A stretch of 64,000 nt of DNA from Candidatus Bruticola sp. (lineage in GTDB: Bacteria; Vulcanimicrobiota; Xenobia; Xenobiales; Xenobiaceae): positions 119,800 to 183,799 of the forward strand of contig JBJEGC010000015.1 of assembly GCA_051874695.1 (NCBI GenBank). Reading direction: 5' to 3'. Below, piece by piece: positions 1-9,381 of the stretch. A program made the position numbers and the translations under genes. The notes below the pieces were generated by a model, which searched no databases, had not been told where the DNA came from, and saw only the letters and a program-made list of their open reading frames with translations. Every line of letters starts with the position of its first letter. Position 1 is the first letter of the stretch.

Positions 1-134
1 TGGCTGTACCGATATTAACCCCTCGATAAAGCTGAGCAGAATCGGCGCTAATAATTTCACCGTTAAACTTTTTAGCTATTTTTAAACAAAGCGCGGATTT
101 TCCCGAAGCCGTAGGTCCCATAATTGCTAAAATT
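1..134 (-). CDS. miaA: tRNA dimethylallyltransferase MiaA, N-terminal fragment (gene continues beyond the window start)
   Basis: Reverse translation of 1..134 gives [48 protein letters not shown]. This contains the P-loop GPTASGKS and the ISADSxQxYRGxxIGTA motif typical of MiaA N-termini. The ATG is at 132-134 (complement). Confidence 0.8.
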
Positions 135-878
135 TTAGGTTTCATAACTTTGAATTTCTCCCATACTAGCCTTACGCATAAAACCGGCAAAGTCGTCCGG
201 AAGAGGGGCGCTGATAGTCAGGATGCGTTTAGTTAACGGATGAGTAAAAGTAAGCTTATAAGCGTGGAGCATAGGACGTTCAACTGAGTACACGTTCCTT
301 TCCAGTTTAATGCTGCCACAGCCGCCGTAAAGAGTATCACCTAAAATAGGCAGTTTTTGAGCAGCCAGATGGGCCCTTATCTGGTGCTTGCGACCACTCT
401 GCAGCCTCGCTTCTAAAAGCAGTAAACCACTGCCCCGTTTAAGCAGCTTAAACTTGGTACAAGCTGTTTTAAAACCAGCTTCAGCAGCATGTTCATTACG
501 ACGCCAACTGACGGGTCCTCCACGGTACCTGGGCTGTCCTAAAGAATAGCGACACTCCCACTCACGAGCAGCTAAGTGACCTTTCGAGGGAACTAAAGCT
601 AAGTACTTTTTCTCAAGGCTATGAGCCGCAAACTGAGCGGCTAAGTTGGCGTTAGCTTCCGGACAGCGGGTAAAAATTACCAATCCGGACGTCCCTAAGT
701 CCAACCGCTGATGAATTCCCAGATAGCCCGCTTTGCCATCTCGTTGTTGAAGTATTTGCAAAATACGGTCAACAAAATTGTCTCGACTGCGGTCAAGATT
801 AACGTGCATCGGCAGGCCAGACGGCTTCAAAGCGACTAAAACAGCTTTATCTTCATATAAAATGTTTACAGTGACCAT
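135..878 (-). CDS. RluA-family 23S/tRNA pseudouridine synthase
   Basis: 247 aa ORF. Contains HQIRAHLA and the catalytic-loop region [11 protein letters not shown] (RluA/RluC/RluD-like). Its stop abuts the miaA start. Confidence 0.8.
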   Translation of the reverse strand: MVTVNILYEDKAVLVALKPSGLPMHVNLDRSRDNFVDRILQILQQRDGKAGYLGIHQRLDLGTSGLVIFTRCPEANANLAAQFAAHSLEKKYLALVPSKGHLAAREWECRYSLGQPRYRGGPVSWRRNEHAAEAGFKTACTKFKLLKRGSGLLLLEARLQSGRKHQIRAHLAAQKLPILGDTLYGGCGSIKLERNVYSVERPMLHAYKLTFTHPLTKRILTISAPLPDDFAGFMRKASMGEIQSYET

Positions 879-1173
879 AAAACCTGCGGCATTCTTTCTT
901 GCATAATGTACTTACCTGCCTAAAATATTTTATATGTCTGTCGATATCGTTAACATTAGAAACTCTGCACAAAAAAATAACTACATGAAAATAAAACATA
1001 AATGAAGAATAAAGATTTCATAGATATATACCGAGAATATACGGGACTTCACCATACCAGTTTAAATATTACTCTTATAGTGTAGTATAGTATTAAGAAA
1101 CAACTGAGAACTAAGTTGTTTTTAATAAATGGCTGCGGAAACCATATATTCTTAGACAGAAAGAAGGTAGCGT

Positions 1174-3225
1174 ATGAGGAAAGCCACTGTTACCAGATTC
1201 GCTTGTTCATTGTTAATTCTGGCTATATGCATGCTTCTGCCCTTGCAAGCCGGTGCGAAACCGAGTAAACAGGCTAAAGAACTTTCCGATATTGAGCAAA
1301 CCTTAGCTCCGATAGCTCTGTATCCCGACAGCTTGCTCGGCAATGTTTTAATAGCTTCAACCTATCCAGAACAAATTATTACAGCTCAAGAATTGCTCGA
1401 TAAATATCCGAAAGACAACCTGGATGATTTAACAAAAAGAGCTGAACATCAAGACTTAGATGAAAGTGTCGTCTCCCTCTTAGCCACTCCAGACGTTGTT
1501 CGAACTATGTCGAGCGACATGGATTGGACAAACGATCTCGCCGACATTTTCACTAATAAAAATGATGAAATGTATACGGCTCTGCAGAGTTTGCGCCGCA
1601 TTGCTTACGATAATAAAAAACTCGCCTCGAACGACGATGTACAAGTAACTACCGAAAACAACTATATATACATCAATCCGACCAATCCTAATACGATGAC
1701 CGTACCTACTTACGATGTAAATTATGTGTACGGCATATCATCTCCCAATTACGGATACACTTTTGTAAATTCCGCCATTCAGTGGGGTACGTTTACTCTT
1801 TTGAACGAACTCTTCTATGGCAGCAGCTGGGACTGGCACGGACGCCGCTTCTGGTGGGGTCCTGGCTACAACTACTACCGTTATTGGAATAACAGCTGGT
1901 ATCCTTGGAACTATAATCGCCACTACTACAATCCTCCGCCGCCTCCGCCGCCTCATCGTCCCAGTTATACTCCTCCGCCACCACGCCCTCACCGCCCTGG
2001 CTATAACGGTTATCGCCCCGGTCACGAACGTCCGCATGCAGATAGACCACACCCCGTACACGGTTGGGATAGCGATCGTCCGGGACGCCCAAGCAGACCG
2101 GGAATTGACAGCAGCAGGCCCGTGCGCCCGGGCAGACCTAGTCTCGACAGCGGAAAGCATAGCCGCCCCGACAAACCTAGTCTCGACGGCGGAAAGCACG
2201 GCCGCCCCGGACGCCCCAGCTTCGACAGCGGAAAAGCCACACTTCCCAGTAGAGAAGGCGTAGACGGCGGAAAGTACAACCGACCCGGACGCCCCAGCTT
2301 CGACAGCGGAAAAGCCACACTTCCCAGTAGAGAAGGCGTAGACGGCGGAAAGCACAGCCGCCCCGGACGCCCCAGCTTCGACAGCGGAAAAACTACGCTT
2401 CCCAGTAAGGCAGGTGTAGACAGCGGAAAGTACAACCGACCCGGACGCCCCAGCTTCGACAGCGGAAAAGCCACACTTCCCAGTAGAGAAGGCGTAGACG
2501 GCGGAAAGTACAACCGACCCGGACGCCCCAGCTTCGACAGCGGAAAAGCCACGCTTCCCAGTAAAGCCGGTGTAGACGGCGGAAAGTACAACCGACCCAG
2601 CAAGTCGTCTTCGGACAGTTCGAGCTACAGCAGGCCTAGCAGGCCATCTTCGAGCAGCTCAAGTTACAGCAGGCCTAGCAAGTCGTCTTCAGACAGTTCA
2701 AGCTACAGCAGGCCTAGCAGGCCATCTTCGAGCAGCTCAAGCTACAGCAGGCCCAGCAGGTCATCTTCGGACAGCTCAAGCTACAGTAGACCTAGCAGGT
2801 CATCTTCGGACAGCTCAAGCTACAGTAGACCCAGCAGGACATCTTCGAGCAGTTCAAGCTACAGTAGACCTAGCAGGTCATCTTCGGACAGCTCAAGCTA
2901 CAGCAGGCCTAGCAGGCCATCTTCGAGCAGTTCAAGCTACAGCAGGCCTAGCAGGCCATCTTCGGACAGTTCAAGCTACAGCAGGCCTAGCAGGCCATCT
3001 TCGAGCAGCTCAAGCTACAGCAGGCCCAGCAGCCCATCTTCGAGCAGTTCAAGCTACAGTAGACCCAGCAGGTCGTCTTCGAGCAGTTCAAGCTACAGCA
3101 AGCCCAGCAGGTCGTCTTCGAGCAGTTCAAGCTACAGCAAGCCCAGCAGGCCATCTTCGAGCAGTTCAAGCCACAGCAGGCCTAGCAGAGCTTCTTCTAA
3201 ATCAAAGGGTGAGCACAACGACTAA
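1174..3225 (+). CDS. Secreted protein with a DUF3300-like N-terminal domain and a long Pro/Ser/Gly-rich tandem-repeat tail
   Basis: Signal peptide MRKATVTRFACSLLILAICMLLPLQAGA. Motif LAPIALYPDSLLGNVLIASTYPEQ, which I recall as the DUF3300 signature. After about 250 aa come a PPPPPPPHRP stretch, 26-aa repeats (GRPSFDSGKATLPSREGVDGGKYNRP) and then 14-aa repeats (SYSRPSRPSSSSSS). The stop is TAA. Confidence 0.7.
   Translation: MRKATVTRFACSLLILAICMLLPLQAGAKPSKQAKELSDIEQTLAPIALYPDSLLGNVLIASTYPEQIITAQELLDKYPKDNLDDLTKRAEHQDLDESVVSLLATPDVVRTMSSDMDWTNDLADIFTNKNDEMYTALQSLRRIAYDNKKLASNDDVQVTTENNYIYINPTNPNTMTVPTYDVNYVYGISSPNYGYTFVNSAIQWGTFTLLNELFYGSSWDWHGRRFWWGPGYNYYRYWNNSWYPWNYNRHYYNPPPPPPPHRPSYTPPPPRPHRPGYNGYRPGHERPHADRPHPVHGWDSDRPGRPSRPGIDSSRPVRPGRPSLDSGKHSRPDKPSLDGGKHGRPGRPSFDSGKATLPSREGVDGGKYNRPGRPSFDSGKATLPSREGVDGGKHSRPGRPSFDSGKTTLPSKAGVDSGKYNRPGRPSFDSGKATLPSREGVDGGKYNRPGRPSFDSGKATLPSKAGVDGGKYNRPSKSSSDSSSYSRPSRPSSSSSSYSRPSKSSSDSSSYSRPSRPSSSSSSYSRPSRSSSDSSSYSRPSRSSSDSSSYSRPSRTSSSSSSYSRPSRSSSDSSSYSRPSRPSSSSSSYSRPSRPSSDSSSYSRPSRPSSSSSSYSRPSSPSSSSSSYSRPSRSSSSSSSYSKPSRSSSSSSSYSKPSRPSSSSSSHSRPSRASSKSKGEHND
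2086..2600 (+). repeat. Tandem coding repeat, 78-bp unit (about 5 full copies plus degenerate half-units upstream)
   Basis: Near-identical 78-bp units beginning ggacgccccagcttcgacagcggaaaagccac at about 2208, 2286, 2364, 2442 and 2520. All are in frame within the 1174..3225 CDS. Confidence 0.8.
2596..3190 (+). repeat. Tandem coding repeat, 42-bp unit x about 14
   Basis: Unit agctacagcaggcctagcaggccatcttcgagcagctcaagt with small variations. It encodes SYSRPSR[PS]SS[SD]SSS. In frame within the 1174..3225 CDS. Confidence 0.85.
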
Positions 3226-3260
3226 CAATTAAAGTACGCCGATAAGGCGGATCTGTTTTA

Positions 3261-3307
3261 AGAAGCGAGAATTGCGCCGCTGCGCAACGATCGCTTCTTT
3301 ATTTTTT
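3261..3307 (+). terminator. Intrinsic terminator downstream of the first DUF3300-like gene
   Basis: gaagcga...tcgcttc stem with an internal ttgcgc/gcgcaa palindrome, followed by tttatttttt. Confidence 0.5.
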
Positions 3308-3383
3308 ACACAATTTTTTGAAACGGAAATCGATTGCGCAACTTATATATAAACAAACAATATAGGAAAGGAACGTCAGCTAT

Positions 3384-4589
3384 ATGGCTTTTAATAACCA
3401 GTACAGCAAAAAAACACTGCTCAGCTTGATTGCCTGCCTGATAATTTCAGTGTGGCTGCCCTTAACAGCTCAAGCTTCTAGCTATTCAGATCATGAGCTT
3501 GACCAAATTATGGCTCCCGTAGCTCTCTATCCTGACAGCTTATTGGGCAACGTTTTAGCTGCCTCAACTTATCCGGATCAATTAATAGAAGCAGACAGCT
3601 GGGCCTCTCAGCATCATTACAACAGTGCCTCCGACACCTTAAATAGCGTCGCCAATAAAACCTGGGATGACAGCGTTAAATCCCTTCTCTTAACACCTGA
3701 AGTAATTGCTATGATGGTCAACGATTTGACCTGGACAGACAAACTGGCGCAAGCTTTCACTACTCAGAAGAGTGAACTCTGCGATTCTGTTCAGAGATTG
3801 CGTCGTCAAGCAAAAAGCAACGGTGTTTTGGAAACAAACGATCAAGTTAAAGTAGTAGAACAGAATAACGTTATCTCTATTGGCTCGTCCCAAAGCGACA
3901 TTATCGCCGTACCTCAATATTCCACGCTTGTTTGTACGCAAACATTCGATCCGCTCGATACGTTCTTAAAAACGGCCTTAGTATGGGGAACTGTCCGCAC
4001 CTTGGATACCATATTTTTCGGAAGTTATTGGGATTGGCACTCTCACGACATTTACATTGGTCCAGGATACAATCATTTTTACTGGGATGGCGCTCCCAGA
4101 GCGTGGTATCCTCATCCTCCAGTTCCGCCGCCGCCTCACCACGATCCGCACCATCCGGCTCCCGCTCCATATGTTCCTAAAATGCATCCCAGCCACAATC
4201 CCCCGCCTCCTCATTATGTGAGCCAACAAAAAACATACCAAGATCGCCGTCCCGGCCAGTACTCACCTAACAAGCACCACAGTGAACCGGCTCACTCATC
4301 AGCTCCAAATCATCCGGCCACTAAAGGTAACCCCAATTACCACTCCCCTGCTCATATAGACCAAAGCATACACAGTCGTCAAACAACTCCCCAGCATCAA
4401 AATGAGCGTCCCAATTTTGATAAGAGCCATTCTGACCCCACTAGGGCAGAGCTCAAACATGAAGAAGCCAAGCAGCATCTGCAGCAAAATCAGCATGAAG
4501 AAGCTAAGCAGCACCTGCAGCAGAATCGGCGTCAAAGCAGCAGCCGGACAAAAGAACGCCGTACCCGATCTTCACGACTGAGAAAATAA
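3384..4589 (+). CDS. Secreted DUF3300-like paralog with a Pro/His-rich C-terminal tail
   Basis: Signal peptide. MAPVALYPDSLLGNVLAASTYPDQ is homologous to the first gene through roughly the first 250 aa (WDWH..IGPGYN conserved). The tail is Pro/His-rich with a duplicated HEEAKQHLQQN. Confidence 0.7.
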   Translation: MAFNNQYSKKTLLSLIACLIISVWLPLTAQASSYSDHELDQIMAPVALYPDSLLGNVLAASTYPDQLIEADSWASQHHYNSASDTLNSVANKTWDDSVKSLLLTPEVIAMMVNDLTWTDKLAQAFTTQKSELCDSVQRLRRQAKSNGVLETNDQVKVVEQNNVISIGSSQSDIIAVPQYSTLVCTQTFDPLDTFLKTALVWGTVRTLDTIFFGSYWDWHSHDIYIGPGYNHFYWDGAPRAWYPHPPVPPPPHHDPHHPAPAPYVPKMHPSHNPPPPHYVSQQKTYQDRRPGQYSPNKHHSEPAHSSAPNHPATKGNPNYHSPAHIDQSIHSRQTTPQHQNERPNFDKSHSDPTRAELKHEEAKQHLQQNQHEEAKQHLQQNRRQSSSRTKERRTRSSRLRK

Positions 4590-4696
4590 ATATTTTCTGC
4601 CTGCAGAGATATATTCACACTTATATTGGCAGTGGGCAGGGAAAAAAAGTTTAAACTTATAAAACTACAAACGCTTTACAGCGAAATAACATTATT

Positions 4697-4733
4697 AAAG
4701 CCCGCCGGTACTAGCATCACTTAGGCGGGCTTT
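4697..4733 (+). terminator. Hairpin (terminator-like) after the second DUF3300-like gene
   Basis: Perfect 10-bp stem aaagcccgcc / ggcgggcttt with a 17-nt loop. The U-tract is weak. Confidence 0.4.
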
Positions 4734-4753
4734 GGATTGCAAAAACAACTACT

Positions 4754-6199
4754 ATGAACACTACCGTAATCAGACGTTTTTTAGGTGCAGTTCTGCTGCT
4801 TGGTGCCGTTACTTATGGGGCTGTTTCAGGCACTATGAGCGTTCGGGCTGCCGACGATCAGACTCCTATTTTGAAACGCGAACTCTATTCTATAGTACAA
4901 AATGCCAAAATAGATGATAAAACGAAAGTAGGCGTCTACATTCAGGTACTGGAAAACGGCCGAGTAGTCTTTTCATCTGACGGCAATACACCTCTTGTTC
5001 CAGCTTCCAATCTTAAAGTACTCACTACAGCAGCTTCTTTAAGTGTATTAGGACCGAACTACCGCCTAAAAACTGAACTGCGCGGTCCTTTGCCCAATAG
5101 CAACGGCCAGATTGAGGGGAATCTTTACCTGCGCGGCGGCGGCGATCCCACTACAACTCCTCCCTACGATCAGCCCTGTACCTCTCCGTACTCTAAATTT
5201 ATCGCCAGTCTGAAAGCCGCTAAAGTTAGAGAAATACATGGAGATCTAGTCGCAGATGACTCTATTTTTGATCGCAATTTTCTGCCCGAAGGTTGGCTTG
5301 AGCATTATCGCCTCGACGCCTTTTCCGCTCCGGTAGGCGGTTTATCTCTTAACGGCAACCTAGTAGAGGCGGTAATATCCCCTTTAGGCTGCTCTTTAGA
5401 GCCGTCTTGCTCCACCATGTCTATTCAAACTCAATATGGCGACGGATACGATACAGCGATAGAGCGTCCCAAAGGCAGCAACATAGTTAAAGTTTTGGGC
5501 AGTGCCCCGAGCGGTGAAATACGAAGACAAATTTGCGTAGAGAATCCGCCACTTTTCAGCATAGGCGTGTTTAAAAAACTTTTAAACAAAGAAAACATAA
5601 CTGTTCGGGGTAACGTTCGGCTAATCGATCAAGCAGGAGAAGCAGCTCTAGTAGATCAGCTGCCCCGTTACGGTCTCCATCTCTCTCTGCCGATTTCTAC
5701 TATTATCCAAGAAATCAATCACGAGAGCGACAATCTTTTTGCCGAGCATCTTTACCGCTATATCGGTCAGTTAGTATCAGGTCAGGGTTGCGCGGCCAGC
5801 GGCATGCAGGCTTGTCGTCAATACCTTGAGAGTAATAATATAAACAGCAACGGACTAAAAATGGTCGACGGATGTGGTCTATCTACACAAAACAGAATCT
5901 CGCCCAACCAGTTGGCCAGTGTACTTGATGCTATGGATCGCAGTTATTACCGCAGTTGGTATAAAGAAAGCTTACCTCACAGCGGACGTGGCACTCTGCG
6001 CGGACGCCTAGGCGACCTGGAACTTAGAGCCAAAACGGGTACTTTAGACCACGACTCCGCTTTGACCGGATATATTATCACTGCTGCAGGTCAGGAGCTG
6101 ATATTCTCTGTTATTGTTAACGATGCACCTATATGGATTGCAGTTGATACGCAGAATAAAGTAGTACAAGCTCTGGGGAACTGGAACAAACGCATTTAA
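4754..6199 (+). CDS. dacB: D-alanyl-D-alanine carboxypeptidase/endopeptidase, PBP4 family (peptidase S13)
   Basis: Signal peptide. SxxK motif in PASNLKVLTTAASL, SDN in HESDNLFAE, KTG in AKTGTL. The order and spacing are typical of DacB/PBP4. Confidence 0.8.
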   Translation: MNTTVIRRFLGAVLLLGAVTYGAVSGTMSVRAADDQTPILKRELYSIVQNAKIDDKTKVGVYIQVLENGRVVFSSDGNTPLVPASNLKVLTTAASLSVLGPNYRLKTELRGPLPNSNGQIEGNLYLRGGGDPTTTPPYDQPCTSPYSKFIASLKAAKVREIHGDLVADDSIFDRNFLPEGWLEHYRLDAFSAPVGGLSLNGNLVEAVISPLGCSLEPSCSTMSIQTQYGDGYDTAIERPKGSNIVKVLGSAPSGEIRRQICVENPPLFSIGVFKKLLNKENITVRGNVRLIDQAGEAALVDQLPRYGLHLSLPISTIIQEINHESDNLFAEHLYRYIGQLVSGQGCAASGMQACRQYLESNNINSNGLKMVDGCGLSTQNRISPNQLASVLDAMDRSYYRSWYKESLPHSGRGTLRGRLGDLELRAKTGTLDHDSALTGYIITAAGQELIFSVIVNDAPIWIAVDTQNKVVQALGNWNKRI

Positions 6200-6333
6200 C
6201 CCATCCCTCTGTAGGCGGTGAGATGAATTGCTCTTCGGAGCCAACGGTGCTGTCCTCAATGAAGCAGGAAGCTCCCGCCTCTGTAGGCGGGAGTACGTTC
6301 ACACTGACAGATAACTATCTGTACACACCGCAT

Positions 6334-6376
6334 AAAAAAAGCAGGAATCTCTAGAGGTTCCTGCTTTTTTTGTTTT
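6334..6376. terminator. Bidirectional intrinsic terminator between the convergent dacB and xdhC-like genes
   Basis: aaaaaaa GCAGGAA tctctagagg TTCCTGC ttttttt. A-run and T-run flank a 7-bp stem. Confidence 0.7.
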
Positions 6377-6392
6377 TTCTCTACACCTAAAT

Positions 6393-7580
6393 TTAAGACT
6401 GACCTGACAGTTTGGCAGCGATATTCTTATTTAAACTTATTTCAGAACCTTTGCCCTTGTTAAAAGTACTGATTATTTCTGCCATTATAGATACGGCTAT
6501 CTCTTCCGGAGTTTCGCCCCCTAAATCGAGACCTATAGGAGCATGAACGCGTGACAACCATTCTGGCGAAACACCGTCTGTCAACAAATGTTCCATAATG
6601 ATGCGAGTACGCCGTTTGCTGCCAATCATTCCCAAATAGCCTAAGTTTTTGCCTATCAGGCAGCGCAAACATTCTTCGTCGTGCTTATGTCCGCGAGTCA
6701 CCAAAACTACCGCACAATCGGCATCTAGGCGAGGTTCCAAATCGGCAAAAAATTCGCTGAAAGGCTTAGAAATAACTTCGATTCCTTCGGCAAAAAGGCT
6801 TGGATCGGCGTAAAGAGGACGATCGTCGTTAACCGTGACTGCGAAACCACACATCTTGCCGATGGCAGCTACAGGGCGGGATACATGACCGGCGCCAGCA
6901 ATATATAGACGTTTAGAAGGAGCAATTAACTCGGCAAAAACTTCCAGATGTCCGTCGCGGTAGGGTAGCAAACGGCACAAAGAGACACCACTATCCAGCA
7001 CTTCTTCAGCCAGACTGCTCAAAAGTTCAGAAAAGCAGCTGTCGTCGGCGCCTTCCTGCTCGGCCTGCAAACCGTTGCCGCGCCTGTACAACCAGCGCCT
7101 GCTCAGCAGCGGCTCTTCTTTTAAAGTTATAGGATCGGCAGAACCGGCACTTTTCTTCTGGGAACCCAGGCAGACAATACTGACAACCGCTTCATTTTTA
7201 TCGAGCAGACAAGCAAGAAGATTTTCGGCAATTTTTACCTTGGCAGGTTGATCTTTGAAAGTTTCTACCAACACCACAAGACGTCCGCCGCAAATCATGG
7301 CCTCGCCACCGTCTTTTTGCAGATCGCCAGTATAAGCCAAATTGACATTCAGCAAAGCGCTGCCGCCTTTGCGAGCCGCATTTTTGGCTTCCTGCCAAGC
7401 CTCGGCTTCAGGGCATCCGCCGCCGATAGTACCAACAACCTTACCTTCGCCATCGACCAGCATTTTAGCCCCGGCACCGCGCGGCGTCGAACCGTAAGTG
7501 CGCACCACAGTTACCAGCGAAAAAGGATCCTGACTGTGCAAATAACTGCGCCAGCGTTGATAAAGTATACTGCTCATCAA
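6393..7580 (-). CDS. XdhC/CoxI-family molybdoenzyme maturation factor
   Basis: 395 aa. N-terminal XdhC_CoxI-like motif GAKMLVDGEGKVVGTIGGGCPEAEA. C-terminal Rossmann-like XdhC_C region (LYIAGAGHVSRPVA). Confidence 0.7.
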   Translation of the reverse strand: MMSSILYQRWRSYLHSQDPFSLVTVVRTYGSTPRGAGAKMLVDGEGKVVGTIGGGCPEAEAWQEAKNAARKGGSALLNVNLAYTGDLQKDGGEAMICGGRLVVLVETFKDQPAKVKIAENLLACLLDKNEAVVSIVCLGSQKKSAGSADPITLKEEPLLSRRWLYRRGNGLQAEQEGADDSCFSELLSSLAEEVLDSGVSLCRLLPYRDGHLEVFAELIAPSKRLYIAGAGHVSRPVAAIGKMCGFAVTVNDDRPLYADPSLFAEGIEVISKPFSEFFADLEPRLDADCAVVLVTRGHKHDEECLRCLIGKNLGYLGMIGSKRRTRIIMEHLLTDGVSPEWLSRVHAPIGLDLGGETPEEIAVSIMAEIISTFNKGKGSEISLNKNIAAKLSGQS

Positions 7581-7624
7581 ACTGCTCCTTGTATAGAAAG
7601 CCTACAATAGAACAAAGAAAGTAA

Positions 7625-8197
7625 CTATTCGTCCGCTTTATTGTTCGACCGATTATTTGTATGTTCCAAAACAGTTGAATCTGCAGCGCTTTCACTGGGA
7701 ACAGCTTGGGGCGCCTCAGCGGCTTCGACCGTCTCGGGCTTAACGGCACTGACTTTAACCTCGGCGGGCCAAATGCGGTACAGGTCAGCGGCCAAGGCGC
7801 GACTGTCGCCGTTATAGCAAACTTCCAAAAATTCCCCTATAACGGCAGTGTCGGCTTTAATTTTTTGATGTTCAGGAAAAGCGGCTGCACATCGGCAAAA
7901 CTCTTTAGCAACCTTAGGAGCCAGTTTAGCGGACCGAGCAGCCAAGGAGCCTACACCATCTATATAAGACCAACTCTTATCTACCCCCCAAGCAGCCAGA
8001 ACAGAAGCAGACAGACTAGGATCGATAGAATGCAGAAATATCCAGGTTTTTTGCTCGTTGCTTAAACTTTCCAGAGGTGGTACATCGGAATTCTTTTCAC
8101 AAAAATAGATAACTGCCATAACCGCAACTAGCGGCAGCAAAGCCAGCAAAACTCCGCAGGGGAGCTGCTGGCCGAAAATAGTACAAACAATAAGCAT
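7625..8197 (-). CDS. Hypothetical membrane-anchored protein
   Basis: 190 aa with an N-terminal TM helix. Its ATG overlaps the upstream stop (TAATG coupling). I recognise no motif. Confidence 0.45.
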   Translation of the reverse strand: MLIVCTIFGQQLPCGVLLALLPLVAVMAVIYFCEKNSDVPPLESLSNEQKTWIFLHSIDPSLSASVLAAWGVDKSWSYIDGVGSLAARSAKLAPKVAKEFCRCAAAFPEHQKIKADTAVIGEFLEVCYNGDSRALAADLYRIWPAEVKVSAVKPETVEAAEAPQAVPSESAADSTVLEHTNNRSNNKADE

Positions 8198-9288
8198 TAC
8201 TTGTTACCGGGACGATCTTTAAGCGTCATTCTGGGATGCTCAAGATGCTTGGGATTGTCCGGATTAACGCCTCTAGACATAGCAATATAGAACATCATGA
8301 ACTGAGCAACCGGCAGCACAAGCAGCACGCGGGCGATCTCACTGACTCCAGACTTGAGCTCTAAAAGCTCATCGCAACGGGTCATTAAGTCGTTAGCTCC
8401 GTCTTCTGCCACAATCAAACGATGAGATCTGGTAATAGCCAAATCGGCCATAACTCTCTCTTCTACAGCTCTGAACGAGTTGGAAATCATACCTACTACC
8501 AGAGTTTGATTGGTGGAATATCCGTAGTATCCGTGACGATATTCGATAAAATAATTGCTTGTACAAGGAAGACCAGCAATTCTTGAAACTAAATAGGCCG
8601 CCTCCTGAGCCACTCCATAGAAAGGACCAGATCCTAAGAAAGCCACATTGCTGAGTTTATCCATCATAACAACCTGCTGAGCTCTGATCTGCCAGTCTTT
8701 CAAATGGGCCCCTAACACATCGGGAAGAGCGTTAAGCTCGTTAAGAAGCACCTGCTTGCCGCAGAGCCACCCCACCAAGTTCATACAAGCCAGGAGCATA
8801 CCGTTAGCGTGCAGCACAGGCACTTTGAGGTTACTCTTAAGAGACGGGAAAACTATGGAAGTAATGGCTAAACCGGCTTCTAAGGAGGCACTCTCACCGG
8901 CTTCAAAAGAAATGACTTGAGCCTTAGGATCGAGCTGTTTGAGCTTTTCAACGCCCCAACCCAATTCCTGAGAAATTTCCGGAGTAGACAGAGCAACAAC
9001 TAAAGTGCGGATACGGGCATCGTAAGGAGGACGTCGTCCGAACATAATCTCGCTGGGAGTTACGGCTAAGGAGTTCAAACCAGATACCAAATGGGTTATT
9101 TTGGCAGCCGAGACAGCAATATTATAAAAGTCGGAAGTAGCTGTATAAACTACCTGTCCAAAGTTCTGTCTTCGGATCCATTCAATCATGGAAGCGCTGT
9201 TAGAGGCCATAGTATCTAAAACGCCGCGCCAAACTTTGGGCTGTTCCTGCATTTCGTTAAAGAAAATGGAACCTTTTCTATAAAGCAT
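8197..9288 (-). CDS. Tandem SIS-domain sugar-phosphate isomerase/deaminase-like protein (AgaS/GlmS C-terminal-like)
   Basis: 363 aa. Two SIS-like halves, each with a G-S-G/phosphosugar-binding loop (VAFLGSGPFYGVAQEAAY in the second). Confidence 0.55.
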   Translation of the reverse strand: MLYRKGSIFFNEMQEQPKVWRGVLDTMASNSASMIEWIRRQNFGQVVYTATSDFYNIAVSAAKITHLVSGLNSLAVTPSEIMFGRRPPYDARIRTLVVALSTPEISQELGWGVEKLKQLDPKAQVISFEAGESASLEAGLAITSIVFPSLKSNLKVPVLHANGMLLACMNLVGWLCGKQVLLNELNALPDVLGAHLKDWQIRAQQVVMMDKLSNVAFLGSGPFYGVAQEAAYLVSRIAGLPCTSNYFIEYRHGYYGYSTNQTLVVGMISNSFRAVEERVMADLAITRSHRLIVAEDGANDLMTRCDELLELKSGVSEIARVLLVLPVAQFMMFYIAMSRGVNPDNPKHLEHPRMTLKDRPGNK

Positions 9289-9381
9289 TGTATCCTCTCA
9301 TTTCCAACTAATCGTCCGCCAACTCCCAGCTATCGGAGCGATCGTTTTTTTATTATGTGCTATCTTGGGTTATCCGGTATT

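Noticed and set aside
1738-3169. Several antisense and alternative-frame ORFs (1738..2355-, 1793..2092-, 1817..2263+, 2022..2603-, 2987..3169-) inside the repeat region
   Set aside because: They are by-products of the tandem 78-bp and 42-bp repeats in the real + strand CDS. Their low-complexity translations mirror the repeat period, and they have no start or SD logic.
2086-3190. Regularly spaced direct repeats that could superficially resemble a CRISPR array
   Set aside because: The units are contiguous, with no unique spacers, and are in frame within a signal-peptide-bearing CDS. No cas genes are present in the window.
7198-7749. Small ORFs on both strands overlapping the xdhC-like gene and the xdhC-like/hypothetical junction (7198..7398-, 7248..7610+, 7465..7749-)
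   Set aside because: They sit inside or antisense to longer, motif-supported CDSs, and their translations have an Arg-rich GC-frame bias.
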